64,000 nucleotides of DNA from an uncultured Fimbriimonadaceae bacterium (GTDB lineage Bacteria > Armatimonadota > UBA10988). Under the pieces are notes generated by a model. That model was given only the letters and a program-made list of their open reading frames with translations, did not search any database and had not been told where the DNA came from. Position numbers and translations under genes: made by a program. Of the stretch, positions 56,052 through 64,000 are shown one piece after another (position 1 is the stretch's first letter; each line of letters starts with the position of its first letter). The stretch is taken from assembly GCA_964405335.1 (NCBI GenBank), contig CAYONP010000005.1:9202-73201 (forward strand). The letters run 5' to 3'.

Positions 56052-57203
56052 ATGAACATCGACGCCCTGTGCGCACGGGTCGACGCCGACCGACTCGGCG
56101 ACCTGACCCACGAGCTGGTCGGCATCCCCAGCCCGACCGGCCGTGCGCGCCGCTGCACCGAGCATTACGCCGCGCTGCTGGCCGATCTCGGCTGCGAGGT
56201 GAGCCTCGAGGCGGGCGGTTACCCCGATCATCCCAGCGCCGTGGCCCGGCTGCACGGCGGCGACGGGCCGGTGATCCAGTTCAACGCCCACACCGACACG
56301 GTGCCGCTCGATCATCCGCCGGCCGAGCGGCTGAGCGACCGCGTGGTCGGTCGCGGCGCGGCCGACATGAAGGGCGCGCTGGCGATCATGGCCGAGCTGG
56401 CCCGCCTGCTGGCGCCGCTCCGCGCGGCGCTGCCGGGCAGCCTGCTCTTGACCGCGCACGACCTGCACGAGGCGCCGGGCGGGCTGGGCGAGACCATCAC
56501 CGACCTCTGCCGCCGGGGCATCCACGGCGACCTGGCCGTGGTCTGTGAGGGCGGCACGACCGATGTCGGGATCGTCGGCCGCGGCATGGGCATCTTCGAG
56601 CTGACCGTCCGCCGCGACGGCGAGCCGGCGCACGAGGTGACCGGCGCGCCGAACCCGGTCCACGGCGCGGCGGCCGTGGCCGCTGCTCTGCTGGCCCGGC
56701 GCGACGCGATGGCCGCCCGGCCCGAGCCCTACGTCGGCGCCGAGACCATCTTCCTCGGCCAGCTCCACGCCGGCACGTTCTACAACCAGATCCCGCGCGA
56801 GGCGTTCCTCAACGGCACCTGGCGGTTCAGCCCGGCCAAGACCTTCGACCAGGCCGAGCGCGAGCTGGCCGAGCTGCTCGCCGCGGTCGAGTTGCCCGAC
56901 GGCCTGCGCCTCGACCGCCACTTCTTCCAGGTCCGGCCGAGCTACTCGCTGTCACCCGATGAACCACTGGTGACCGCGCTGCAGGCGGCCTATCAGGCCG
57001 AGCACGGCCGCCCTCTGCCGCTGGCCGGCGCGCGGGTGGTCTGCGACGTCCCGGTGCTCATCCGCGAGGCCGGCATCCCCTGCGTCGGCCACGGCCCGGT
57101 CGGTCACGGCGCGCACGGCGAGCCGGAGTGGGTAGCCATCGCCAGCCTGACGGCCACGGCGCGGGTCTATCTGCGGTTGATCGAGGCGTTGTGGCGCGGT
57201 TGA
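56052..57203 (+). CDS. M20-family metallopeptidase / deacylase (ArgE/DapE/ACY1-like)
   Basis: Start at Met MNIDALCARV with GGAGG RBS. HTDTVP…GRGAADMKG…EGGTTDVG…GHG are M20 metal-binding blocks. Confidence 0.75.
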   Translation: MNIDALCARVDADRLGDLTHELVGIPSPTGRARRCTEHYAALLADLGCEVSLEAGGYPDHPSAVARLHGGDGPVIQFNAHTDTVPLDHPPAERLSDRVVGRGAADMKGALAIMAELARLLAPLRAALPGSLLLTAHDLHEAPGGLGETITDLCRRGIHGDLAVVCEGGTTDVGIVGRGMGIFELTVRRDGEPAHEVTGAPNPVHGAAAVAAALLARRDAMAARPEPYVGAETIFLGQLHAGTFYNQIPREAFLNGTWRFSPAKTFDQAERELAELLAAVELPDGLRLDRHFFQVRPSYSLSPDEPLVTALQAAYQAEHGRPLPLAGARVVCDVPVLIREAGIPCVGHGPVGHGAHGEPEWVAIASLTATARVYLRLIEALWRG

Positions 57204-57209
57204 TGCCGG

Positions 57210-58550
57210 TCACCCCGCCCCGCGATGGAACAACACCTCGAACACCGTCTTGACCGCGATCTGCAGGTCGAGCATCAGCGACCAATGGTCGATGTAGTAG
57301 AGGTCGTAGCGCGTCCGCCGGCTGATGTCGCTGCCGCCGCCGCGCTCGCCGTTGACCTGCGCCCAGCCGCTGATGCCGGCCTTCATGCGGTGCCGGTCGC
57401 CGTAGCGCGGCAGCTCGGCGGCAAACTGGGCGACGAACTCGGGCCGCTCCGGCCGCGGGCCGATCAGGCTCATGTCGCCCCGTAGCACATTCCAGAGCTG
57501 CGGCAGCTCGTCGAGGCTGGTCCGCCGCAGGAAGGCGCCCAGCCGCGTCCGGCGCGGATCGCCGGCGGTCGCCCAGACCGCGCCCGAGCCGTGCTCCGCA
57601 TCGCAACGCATGGTGCGGAACTTCAGGATCTCGAACCGCCGGCCCGCCTCCGTCACCCGCGTCTGGCGGTAGAGCGCCGGGCCGGGCGAGGTCAGCCGCA
57701 CCAGCAGCCCGATGAGCAGCAACAGCGGCGAGAGAAGGAGCAGGACGAGGCCGGCGACGACCGCGTCGATCAGTCGCTTGGCCGCGCGCTGCAGACTGTC
57801 CAGCGGCGTCTCGCGAATGTGCAGCAGGGCGATGCCGGCGACCTCCTCGCGCGCGCCGCGGGCGAGGATGAGGTCGATCCGGTCGGGCACCAGCACCAGC
57901 TCGGCGCCGTGCTGTTCGCAGCAGCTCAGCAGCTCGAGCAGCGCCTCGGCCGCCAGTCCGTTGCGCTGCAGCAGCACGTGGTCGACGGCGCCACTGGCCA
58001 CCTGCTCGCGCAGAGCCGGCAGGGCGGCGGCCGGGTCGGCCTGCTGCATGACCAGGTCGCAGTCGTCGCCGATCAGCTCGCCGGCCAGGTCGTCGGCGCC
58101 GAGCAGCGCCACGCGGCGGCGGAAGGCCGGCCGCCGGCGGAGGCGTCGGCCGAGCAGGATGCCACCCGCCCGCACGCCCGAGACGGCCGGCACCGCGAGG
58201 GCGAAGGCGAAGGCAACGGTCAGGCGCGAGTACTCGAACTCACGGTAGAAGAAGCTCAGCGCCACCGCGCCGATGAACACCGCCGCGCCGGCGATCAGCA
58301 CGCGGTAGGTCTCGTCCAGCGCGCTGGTCCAGCGCTCGACACGGTAGAGGTCGAACAACTGGAAGACGATCAGTTGGACCACGGTGACGGCGACCATCGC
58401 GCCGAGGTAGGCCTCCTGGGTCAGCGGCTCGCCCTTCGGCACGGCCAGCCAGCCCGAGCGGAAGCGGACCCAGTAGGCGACGATCATCGCCGCGTTGACG
58501 GCCACGATGTCGCCGGCGACCGCCAGCAGCCGCAGGCCGCGGGTGAGCAT
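57210..58550 (-). CDS. polyprenyl-phosphate sugar-1-phosphate transferase (WbaP/exopolysaccharide initiating transferase family)
   Basis: Four to five N-terminal TMs. C-terminal KRLIDAVVAGLVLLLLSPLLL…RFEILKFRTM…DELPQLWNVLRGDMSLIGPRP is the bacterial sugar transferase signature. I chose the start Met MLTRGLRLLAVAG. Confidence 0.8.
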   Translation of the reverse strand: MLTRGLRLLAVAGDIVAVNAAMIVAYWVRFRSGWLAVPKGEPLTQEAYLGAMVAVTVVQLIVFQLFDLYRVERWTSALDETYRVLIAGAAVFIGAVALSFFYREFEYSRLTVAFAFALAVPAVSGVRAGGILLGRRLRRRPAFRRRVALLGADDLAGELIGDDCDLVMQQADPAAALPALREQVASGAVDHVLLQRNGLAAEALLELLSCCEQHGAELVLVPDRIDLILARGAREEVAGIALLHIRETPLDSLQRAAKRLIDAVVAGLVLLLLSPLLLLIGLLVRLTSPGPALYRQTRVTEAGRRFEILKFRTMRCDAEHGSGAVWATAGDPRRTRLGAFLRRTSLDELPQLWNVLRGDMSLIGPRPERPEFVAQFAAELPRYGDRHRMKAGISGWAQVNGERGGGSDISRRTRYDLYYIDHWSLMLDLQIAVKTVFEVLFHRGAG

Positions 58551-58603
58551 CGCCCGCCGCTCGGTCGGGCGGTCAAGGCTGAGCGCAGCCGGTCGCGCGC
58601 CGG

Positions 58604-60646
58604 TCACCGTGACTCCGGCGGAAGCGGCTCCAGGCGCCAGCTTCCGTCGCTCTCCTTGTACCATGTCAGCAGCACCCGGTCGGGCCAGGCAAGGGCGACC
58701 GCCTCGCGCTGCGGCGTGCCCTCGGCGTCGATCGAACGAGCGACCAGCAGCTCACCCGCCAGACCCGGCGGGTTGAGCGCGAAGCCGATCCCGTAGTCCG
58801 GCGCGATCTGCCCCGGCGCCACCACCCGCTGGTCAAGGATGACCACCGCCGGTCGACCGCCGGCCAACTCGCGCGCGGCGGCGAGCACCGCTCTATCCGA
58901 GGCGTCGCGGCCGCGATGGTTGCGATACGCCGTGCCCAGCTCGTAGGGCACAAAGCCCAGCCAGGCGGCCGCGGTGGCGCAGACGAACAACGCGCCGAGC
59001 CGGCGGCGGTGCACCTCGCGCCGGCCGCCGAGCCAATCGAGCAGCACCCGCGCCCCGGCCACGGTGGCGAGGCAGAGCGGCACGATCAGCGGATGCCAGA
59101 ACCGCGGGCCGAAGGCGATGCCGTGGTACCAGTAGGCGGTGTAGATCAGGATGATGCCGCCGCCGTAGACCAGCCACCGCCGGTCGAGCGCCGCGCGCCG
59201 GCCCCAGAGCAGCCCGACCAGTGCCAGCGCCAGCGAGCCGCAGGCCCAGCCGAAGCCGAGGCGGTTGAGCTCCCAGGCGTTGGCGTTGCTGTTCCACAGG
59301 CCCTCGAGCAGCGAGTGGCCGGCGCCGAGCGAGTGGTCCCAGACCAATCCGCGGTCGGCGCCGAAGCCGGGCCGGTTGACCGGCGCGCCATACTCGACGG
59401 TGTAGAAGTGCTCGACCGGCGTCACCGTCGGCGAGCCGGTCTTGGCCGCGTTGTCGGCCACGACCAGGCCGATACCGGGCAGCATCGCCGCCGCGGCGAC
59501 CAGCCAGCAGCGCGCCGGCGGGCGTCGCTGAGCCGCGGCGCCGAGGGCCACCAGCCCCAGCAGCAGTCCCTCGGCATACCGCGTCGCGAAGCACATGCCG
59601 ACGGCCAGGCCGACCAGCGCCGCGTCGACGGGGCGCTCCATCCGCCGCAGCGCCCGCAGGCCGAGCACAATCCAGAATAGCGTCGCCGTGTGCGAGAGGT
59701 AGGACGCCGCCTGGAGCAGGAGGAACGGGCTGCCGGCCAGGAGCCAGGCCGCCCAGGTGCCGGGCCGCCGGTCGCCGGTCGAGTCGCCGACCAGCCAGAC
59801 GACCGCGCCGGCCAGCAGAGGGTTGACCAGCCAGCCCAGGTCGACCGATGCGCCGATTGCGAGCAGCAGCGGCCAGCCGGGCGGGAAGACGCCGAACATC
59901 CGCCCGCCTGACTGCATCACCCAGCAGAAGCGCGCCTCGAACGCCCCCGGCACCGGCGGCAGCGGGATGGTCAGACCGCCGGCCAGCAGAGACTTGGCCT
60001 CGAACAGATAGGCGAGGCCGTCCTCGACGTGCGGCAGCGGGCCGATCACGCGGTACGACAACAGCGCCGCGGCGAGCGTGGCCACCGCCGGCGCGGCCCA
60101 GCGCGGCAGGTCGAGCAGCCACCGCTCCAGCGCGGCGAGCCAGCCCGCCGGCAGCGCCCGCGCGGCGCAGACCAGCGCGGCCAGGCCGAGCGGCATGGTG
60201 ACCATCGGCAGCAGGCCGCGGACGATGCCGCCGGGATGGTCGCTCCCGGCGAACCATCGCGCGCCGGCATAGAGCATCAGCGCCAGGAGGAGCCCGCCGC
60301 GCGGCGTGGCCAATTGCCGCAGCACGATGCGCGCCCACCGGCCCCAGGCCAGAATGGCGCAGAGCAGCCCCAGCCCGCCGGCCAGGCCGAAGGCCAGCCA
60401 GGTGGCGCCGACGGCGACCGGCGGCAGGCGCAGGTGATAGATCCAGGCCAGCAGGCAGGCGGTGACCATGCCGAGCAGCCAGCGGGCCAGCTCGCGCGCG
60501 GGCAGGCGCGGCTGGAGCAGCATCGCGCCGAGGAGGCAGGCGCCGAGCGAGGCCGGCAGCGCGGCGACGATGGTGAAGCCGCCGAGGATCGGCACCAAGA
60601 GCGCGATCCCGACGCCGCCGAGGAGCGCCTGGACGACGAGCCTCAT
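58604..60646 (-). CDS. polytopic membrane protein (at least 12 TM), GT-C-like (PMT/ArnT-type) glycosyltransferase candidate
   Basis: Hydrophobic helices throughout. The first extracytoplasmic loop has PHVEDGLAYLFEAKSLL (DE/ED-x3-Y-type motif as in GT39/GT83). ATGA overlap with the upstream GT4. Confidence 0.5.
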   Translation of the reverse strand: MRLVVQALLGGVGIALLVPILGGFTIVAALPASLGACLLGAMLLQPRLPARELARWLLGMVTACLLAWIYHLRLPPVAVGATWLAFGLAGGLGLLCAILAWGRWARIVLRQLATPRGGLLLALMLYAGARWFAGSDHPGGIVRGLLPMVTMPLGLAALVCAARALPAGWLAALERWLLDLPRWAAPAVATLAAALLSYRVIGPLPHVEDGLAYLFEAKSLLAGGLTIPLPPVPGAFEARFCWVMQSGGRMFGVFPPGWPLLLAIGASVDLGWLVNPLLAGAVVWLVGDSTGDRRPGTWAAWLLAGSPFLLLQAASYLSHTATLFWIVLGLRALRRMERPVDAALVGLAVGMCFATRYAEGLLLGLVALGAAAQRRPPARCWLVAAAAMLPGIGLVVADNAAKTGSPTVTPVEHFYTVEYGAPVNRPGFGADRGLVWDHSLGAGHSLLEGLWNSNANAWELNRLGFGWACGSLALALVGLLWGRRAALDRRWLVYGGGIILIYTAYWYHGIAFGPRFWHPLIVPLCLATVAGARVLLDWLGGRREVHRRRLGALFVCATAAAWLGFVPYELGTAYRNHRGRDASDRAVLAAARELAGGRPAVVILDQRVVAPGQIAPDYGIGFALNPPGLAGELLVARSIDAEGTPQREAVALAWPDRVLLTWYKESDGSWRLEPLPPESR

Positions 60647-61740
60647 GGCGCGACCTCGCGGTAGAGCCGCAACATCGCCGCGGCCGTCTGCCGCCACGAG
60701 AACCGCGCCGCCTGCACCGGCCCGGCGGCGGACAGCCTGGCGCGCAGCGCCGAGTCGTCGAGCAGCGCGGCCAGCCCGTCGGCCAGCGCTTCAGTTGAGT
60801 CGGCCCGCACGCGCAGCGCCGCGTCGCCGACCACTTCGGGCAGGCTGGCGGCGTCGCAGACCAGCGTCGGCGTGCCGCAGGCTAACGCCTCGAGCGGCGG
60901 CAGGCCGAAACCCTCGTAGATCGACGGCCAAGCAAACAGCGTCGCCGCGGTGTAGAGCGCCGGCAGATCCTCCTCCGGCACAAACCCGAGCAAGGTGAGC
61001 CGGTCGCCCAACCCGAGCGATGCGGCGTGCGCGGCGAGGTCGTAGTCGCCGTGCTGCGTCGGCCCGGCGAAGACAAGCTGCTCGGGCCGGCCGGGCAGCA
61101 CGCGGGCGCAGGCCTCGACCAGCAGATCGACCTGCCGCCGCGGCCGCACACCGCCGACGTAGAGAATGAACCGCTCCGGCAGGGCAAGCCGCGCGCGCAG
61201 CGGCGCCGGGTCGATGCCGGGCTTGAACTCCGGCCCGGCGGCCAGCGGCACGATGCGCAGCCGCTGTTCGGGCACGCGCAGCAGCTCGGCGATCTCGTCG
61301 GCGGCGAAGCGCGAGTCGGTGACGATCCGATCGGCCCGACGCGCCGCGCGGCGCGCGCCGTCGGTGTAGAACCAGCGGGCCTTGCGCGGGAACCACTCGG
61401 GATAGCGCAGGAAGGCGACGTCGTGGATGGTGACCACGCTCGGGCAGCGCACGCCGCGGGGCAGGATGTAGGAGACGTTGTGCAGCAGGTCGGCCTGTTC
61501 GCGGCGCAGCGCCGCCGGCAGGGCGAGGTGACACCAGGTCAGGTTGTTCTCGCGCAGCGGCGCGGTCAGCCGTCGCGCGCTGATGTTGCCGGCCGGCGGC
61601 ACGGTCGCCTCGCCGTCGTGGAGGACGAGGAACTCGTCGCCGGTCGCTTGCTCGCCATACTCCCGCAGCAGGTGCCAGAGGTAGTTGCCCACACCGCCGC
61701 GCGGGCCGAGCAGCCGCCAGGCCGGCAGCACGACGCGCAT
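60643..61740 (-). CDS. family 4 glycosyltransferase (GT-B)
   Basis: LFAWPSIYEGFGLPPLEALACGTPTLV (E-x7-E) and LYVGGVRPRRQVDLLVEA. Confidence 0.8.
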   Translation of the reverse strand: MRVVLPAWRLLGPRGGVGNYLWHLLREYGEQATGDEFLVLHDGEATVPPAGNISARRLTAPLRENNLTWCHLALPAALRREQADLLHNVSYILPRGVRCPSVVTIHDVAFLRYPEWFPRKARWFYTDGARRAARRADRIVTDSRFAADEIAELLRVPEQRLRIVPLAAGPEFKPGIDPAPLRARLALPERFILYVGGVRPRRQVDLLVEACARVLPGRPEQLVFAGPTQHGDYDLAAHAASLGLGDRLTLLGFVPEEDLPALYTAATLFAWPSIYEGFGLPPLEALACGTPTLVCDAASLPEVVGDAALRVRADSTEALADGLAALLDDSALRARLSAAGPVQAARFSWRQTAAAMLRLYREVAP

Positions 61741-62639
61741 CAGCCGCGCTCCGCCAGGTGGCGCAGCGCCAGCGGCACCAGGCAGGGCGCCAAGGGTAGG
61801 AAGTAGCGCGTCTCGCCAACCAGGCCGAAGCAGAGGTGCACGACGAGGAAGACCGGCACCAGGACCAGGCTGCGGCGAAGGAACGCCGGCGCCCCGCGCA
61901 GCCGCCAGAGGGCCAGCGCCCAGACCGGCCCGAAGAGCACGACCACGCGCAGCGAGCCGGCCCGGCTCAGGTTCTCGGGGATGTTGACAGCCGGCGTGAC
62001 CAGTTCGGTGAACGCCTCACGCGGGCCGTAACCCAGGCGCAGCGCCAGCCAGACCATCGCCGCGGTCGCCGCCAGGCCGAGTATCAGGCGCCAATACTCG
62101 AGCCGCCGCCACTCGTCGACGCGCACCGCGGCGGCGAGCAGGACGAGCAGGCCGACGGTCTCTCTGGCCGTCATGCCGACGGCGATGACAACGAACAGCC
62201 AGCCGTCGCGCCGCTGCTCGAGCAGCCGGAAGCCCAGGCAGAAGCAGAGCAGAGCGAACGGATCGGTCTCTTGGAAGCCCTGGCCGATGACGCTGAAGGG
62301 CAGCAGCGCGGCGACCAGCAGCAGGCCGACGAAGGTGGTGTCGGCATCGAGGTAGCGTTCGCAGAAGGCCCGCAGCACAAGCAAGGCGAGCCACCAGAAG
62401 AGCAGCCGCTGCGCCAGATAGGCCAGCGGCAGCGGCAGCGGCAGCAGCTCGCACAGCCAGGGAACCAGCGGGCGGTATTGGTGCGGATAGTCGGCCACGC
62501 CGGCGATGATGCTGTCGTGGATCGGCGCGGCCACACCGCCGCTCCAGACCGGCTCGACCAGCACCCAGGTGGTCCACCCGCCGGCCAGCAGCAGGCCGGC
62601 GAGCAGAGCGGTCTGGATTCGTCGCCGGTCGGGCGCCAT
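61740..62639 (-). CDS. polytopic membrane protein, hypothetical (glycan-assembly locus)
   Basis: Start at internal Met MAPDRRRIQTALLAGLLLAGGW. Eight to nine hydrophobic helices. 1-nt overlap with the downstream GT4. Confidence 0.5.
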   Translation of the reverse strand: MAPDRRRIQTALLAGLLLAGGWTTWVLVEPVWSGGVAAPIHDSIIAGVADYPHQYRPLVPWLCELLPLPLPLAYLAQRLLFWWLALLVLRAFCERYLDADTTFVGLLLVAALLPFSVIGQGFQETDPFALLCFCLGFRLLEQRRDGWLFVVIAVGMTARETVGLLVLLAAAVRVDEWRRLEYWRLILGLAATAAMVWLALRLGYGPREAFTELVTPAVNIPENLSRAGSLRVVVLFGPVWALALWRLRGAPAFLRRSLVLVPVFLVVHLCFGLVGETRYFLPLAPCLVPLALRHLAERG

Positions 62640-62641
62640 GC

Positions 62642-64000
62642 TCACTCCGCGAAGCCGATCAACTGCGGTCCCCGCTCCTTCGAGTAGCGGAACACGGCAT
62701 ACGGTTTCGGCTCGTCGACGGTGATGCTCGGCCCGACATGCCGGCGCAGCGAGGCGATCGGCCGGGCGGCGACCAGCGGATAACCCTCCCAACCCCACCA
62801 GGCGCCGCCGGCGGGCACCTGGTCGGGCGGCATCCAAAGCACGACGTGGGCGCCCGCCGGCAGGTCGGCGGCATCGAACAGGGCGAAGTCGCGCCGCAGC
62901 GTGTCACTCGCCACCTGCCAGTGCTGGGTCTCATCGAGCCGGTTGCGCTGCAAGCCGTAGACCTGCCAACAGAGCAGCACGATGGTCAGAATCACCGCCG
63001 GCCAGAGCAGGATCCGACGGTCGTTTGCCCGCCGCCAGAGGGTGACCAGCCCAAGCGCCACCAGGCCCATCGCCGGCGCGGTGGCCAGGTAGAGGTAACG
63101 CGACGGCAGGTGATCGGGGGTCAAGGAGGCCAGCGGCGCGTAGACGAGCGGCTGGAGCGCCACCCAGCCGGCCAGCACGCGCACCTCACCTCGGCCGCGC
63201 GCCGCCAGCCAGACGACCACCAGCGCGACGGCACCGGTGACCAGGGGCAGCAGCGACGGATCGAGCCGGCGCGTGACCCACACCGGGAACAGGTCGCTGG
63301 CGAACGACGCGGTGACCAGCCCAGTCCAGTTGCCGAGCAGGTGTGGGCCGAGGGCATACTCGGAGTAGTAGAGCCGCGGCCCGGCCAGGCGCCAGGCCAG
63401 GTAGCCGGCGAAGAGCAGCCCCGGACCGAGCCACCGGCGCCATGCGACACGATCGTCGAGCCACTCCATCCAAAGCAGCAGCAGCACCGGGGCGATCGAC
63501 TCCTTGATCAGGCAGCCGAGGATCCCCAGCGCCGTGAGCAGCCACAGCCGGCTCGGCGAGCCGGCGCTACCTGCGTCGCCCGCTCTATCGCGCAGCATCA
63601 GGATCGTCAGCGCGAGCGTCAGGCAGAACGATTCGTTGAGGTTCGAGATCCAGCAGACGCCGTTGCGCGGGCCGTAGGCGGTGGCGAAGAGCAGCGCCGC
63701 GAGCAAGCCGACCGTCGCATCGACGCGGCGGCTCAACCAGACCGCCAGCAACGCGGCGTTGAGCAGGTGGAGGCCAATCAGCAGCACGTAGTAAGCCGGC
63801 GCCTGATGGCCGAACAGGGCGGTCAGCACGGCCCAGAGCGCATTGCCAACCGGTCGCTTCCAGGCGCCGATGTAGAGCTCATCCAGCGGCCCGGGCGCCA
63901 GCACGAGCCCCGGCTCGGCGGCCAGGGTCTCACCGACCTGGAGGTAGGCGAAGTCGTCGCAGACGAAGTAGTTGTCGAGCAGCGGCAGGTAGACCCACAG
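62642..64000 (-). CDS. polytopic membrane protein, GT-C-like candidate (5' end beyond window)
   Basis: The frame stays open to the window edge (LWVYLPLLDNYFVCDDFAYLQV…). There is a DD-x2-Y motif near the N-terminus and many TM helices. Confidence 0.5.
   Translation of the reverse strand: MWVYLPLLDNYFVCDDFAYLQVGETLAAEPGLVLAPGPLDELYIGAWKRPVGNALWAVLTALFGHQAPAYYVLLIGLHLLNAALLAVWLSRRVDATVGLLAALLFATAYGPRNGVCWISNLNESFCLTLALTILMLRDRAGDAGSAGSPSRLWLLTALGILGCLIKESIAPVLLLLWMEWLDDRVAWRRWLGPGLLFAGYLAWRLAGPRLYYSEYALGPHLLGNWTGLVTASFASDLFPVWVTRRLDPSLLPLVTGAVALVVVWLAARGRGEVRVLAGWVALQPLVYAPLASLTPDHLPSRYLYLATAPAMGLVALGLVTLWRRANDRRILLWPAVILTIVLLCWQVYGLQRNRLDETQHWQVASDTLRRDFALFDAADLPAGAHVVLWMPPDQVPAGGAWWGWEGYPLVAARPIASLRRHVGPSITVDEPKPYAVFRYSKERGPQLIGFAE

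Noticed and set aside
53994-56921. Treating the 975-aa ORF as a single gene
   Set aside because: Only the last about 372 codons (Ogl-like propeller) look protein-like. The upstream part is Arg-rich and lies antisense to the isomerase and M20 region. I split it and used a GTG start at 55112.

Overview
This is a 64 kb, very GC-rich (clearly above 70% G+C by eye), densely coded bacterial chromosomal segment. Nearly every gene abuts or overlaps its neighbour, often through 4-nt ATGA or GTGA start/stop overlaps. The gene content points to a Gram-negative, probably Planctomycetota/PVC-like organism. The evidence for that is a CSLREA-type giant beta-helix protein, Gfo/Idh/MocA+HEAT+ThuA modules, DUF1080/LamG-like jelly-roll proteins, and Tat-signal oxidoreductases. 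I found no rRNA, tRNA, CRISPR, transposase or integrase genes.

The main blocks are as follows.
(1) A roughly 10.7 kb co-directional minus-strand array: DUF1211/TMEM175-like channel, then fabZ, lpxA, msbA, kdtA(waaA), lpxK, a family-4 UDG, a 2-TM protein, two diverged PspA/IM30 paralogs with long acidic/Pro-rich tails, and a TPR-like membrane protein.
(2) A two-gene operon of giant secreted proteins: a 1747-aa parallel beta-helix protein with a CSLREA N-terminus, and a 1457-aa PQQ-propeller protein with jelly-roll domains.
(3) A glycan-degradation locus: GH95 fucosidase-like, Tat Gfo/Idh/MocA, LamG-like and CBM-like secreted proteins, and a TIM-barrel glycoside hydrolase.
(4) A complete sigma-E-like envelope-stress operon: Spy/ZraP-like chaperone, ECF sigma, zf-HC2 anti-sigma, RseB-like protein and a DUF4405-like membrane protein. 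It sits behind a recognisable ECF promoter (GGAAC-N16-CGTC).
(5) A Gfo/Idh/MocA + HEAT-repeat + ThuA module.
(6) A cluster of REP-like palindromic repeats between convergent genes.
(7) A third Tat Gfo/Idh/MocA gene translationally coupled to two tandem paralogous 3-TM mini-proteins of unknown family.
(8) A GT2 gene behind a textbook sigma70 promoter, followed by a secreted protein with two pseudopilin-core-like repeats.
(9) An ExbB-ExbD-TonB-like-ABM monooxygenase string.
(10) A glycan-assembly locus: WbaP-like initiating transferase, GT4s, and three polytopic GT-C-like membrane proteins.

The high G+C produces many long spurious antisense ORFs, which I rejected. All product calls rest on motif recognition from the translated ORFs, not on database searches.
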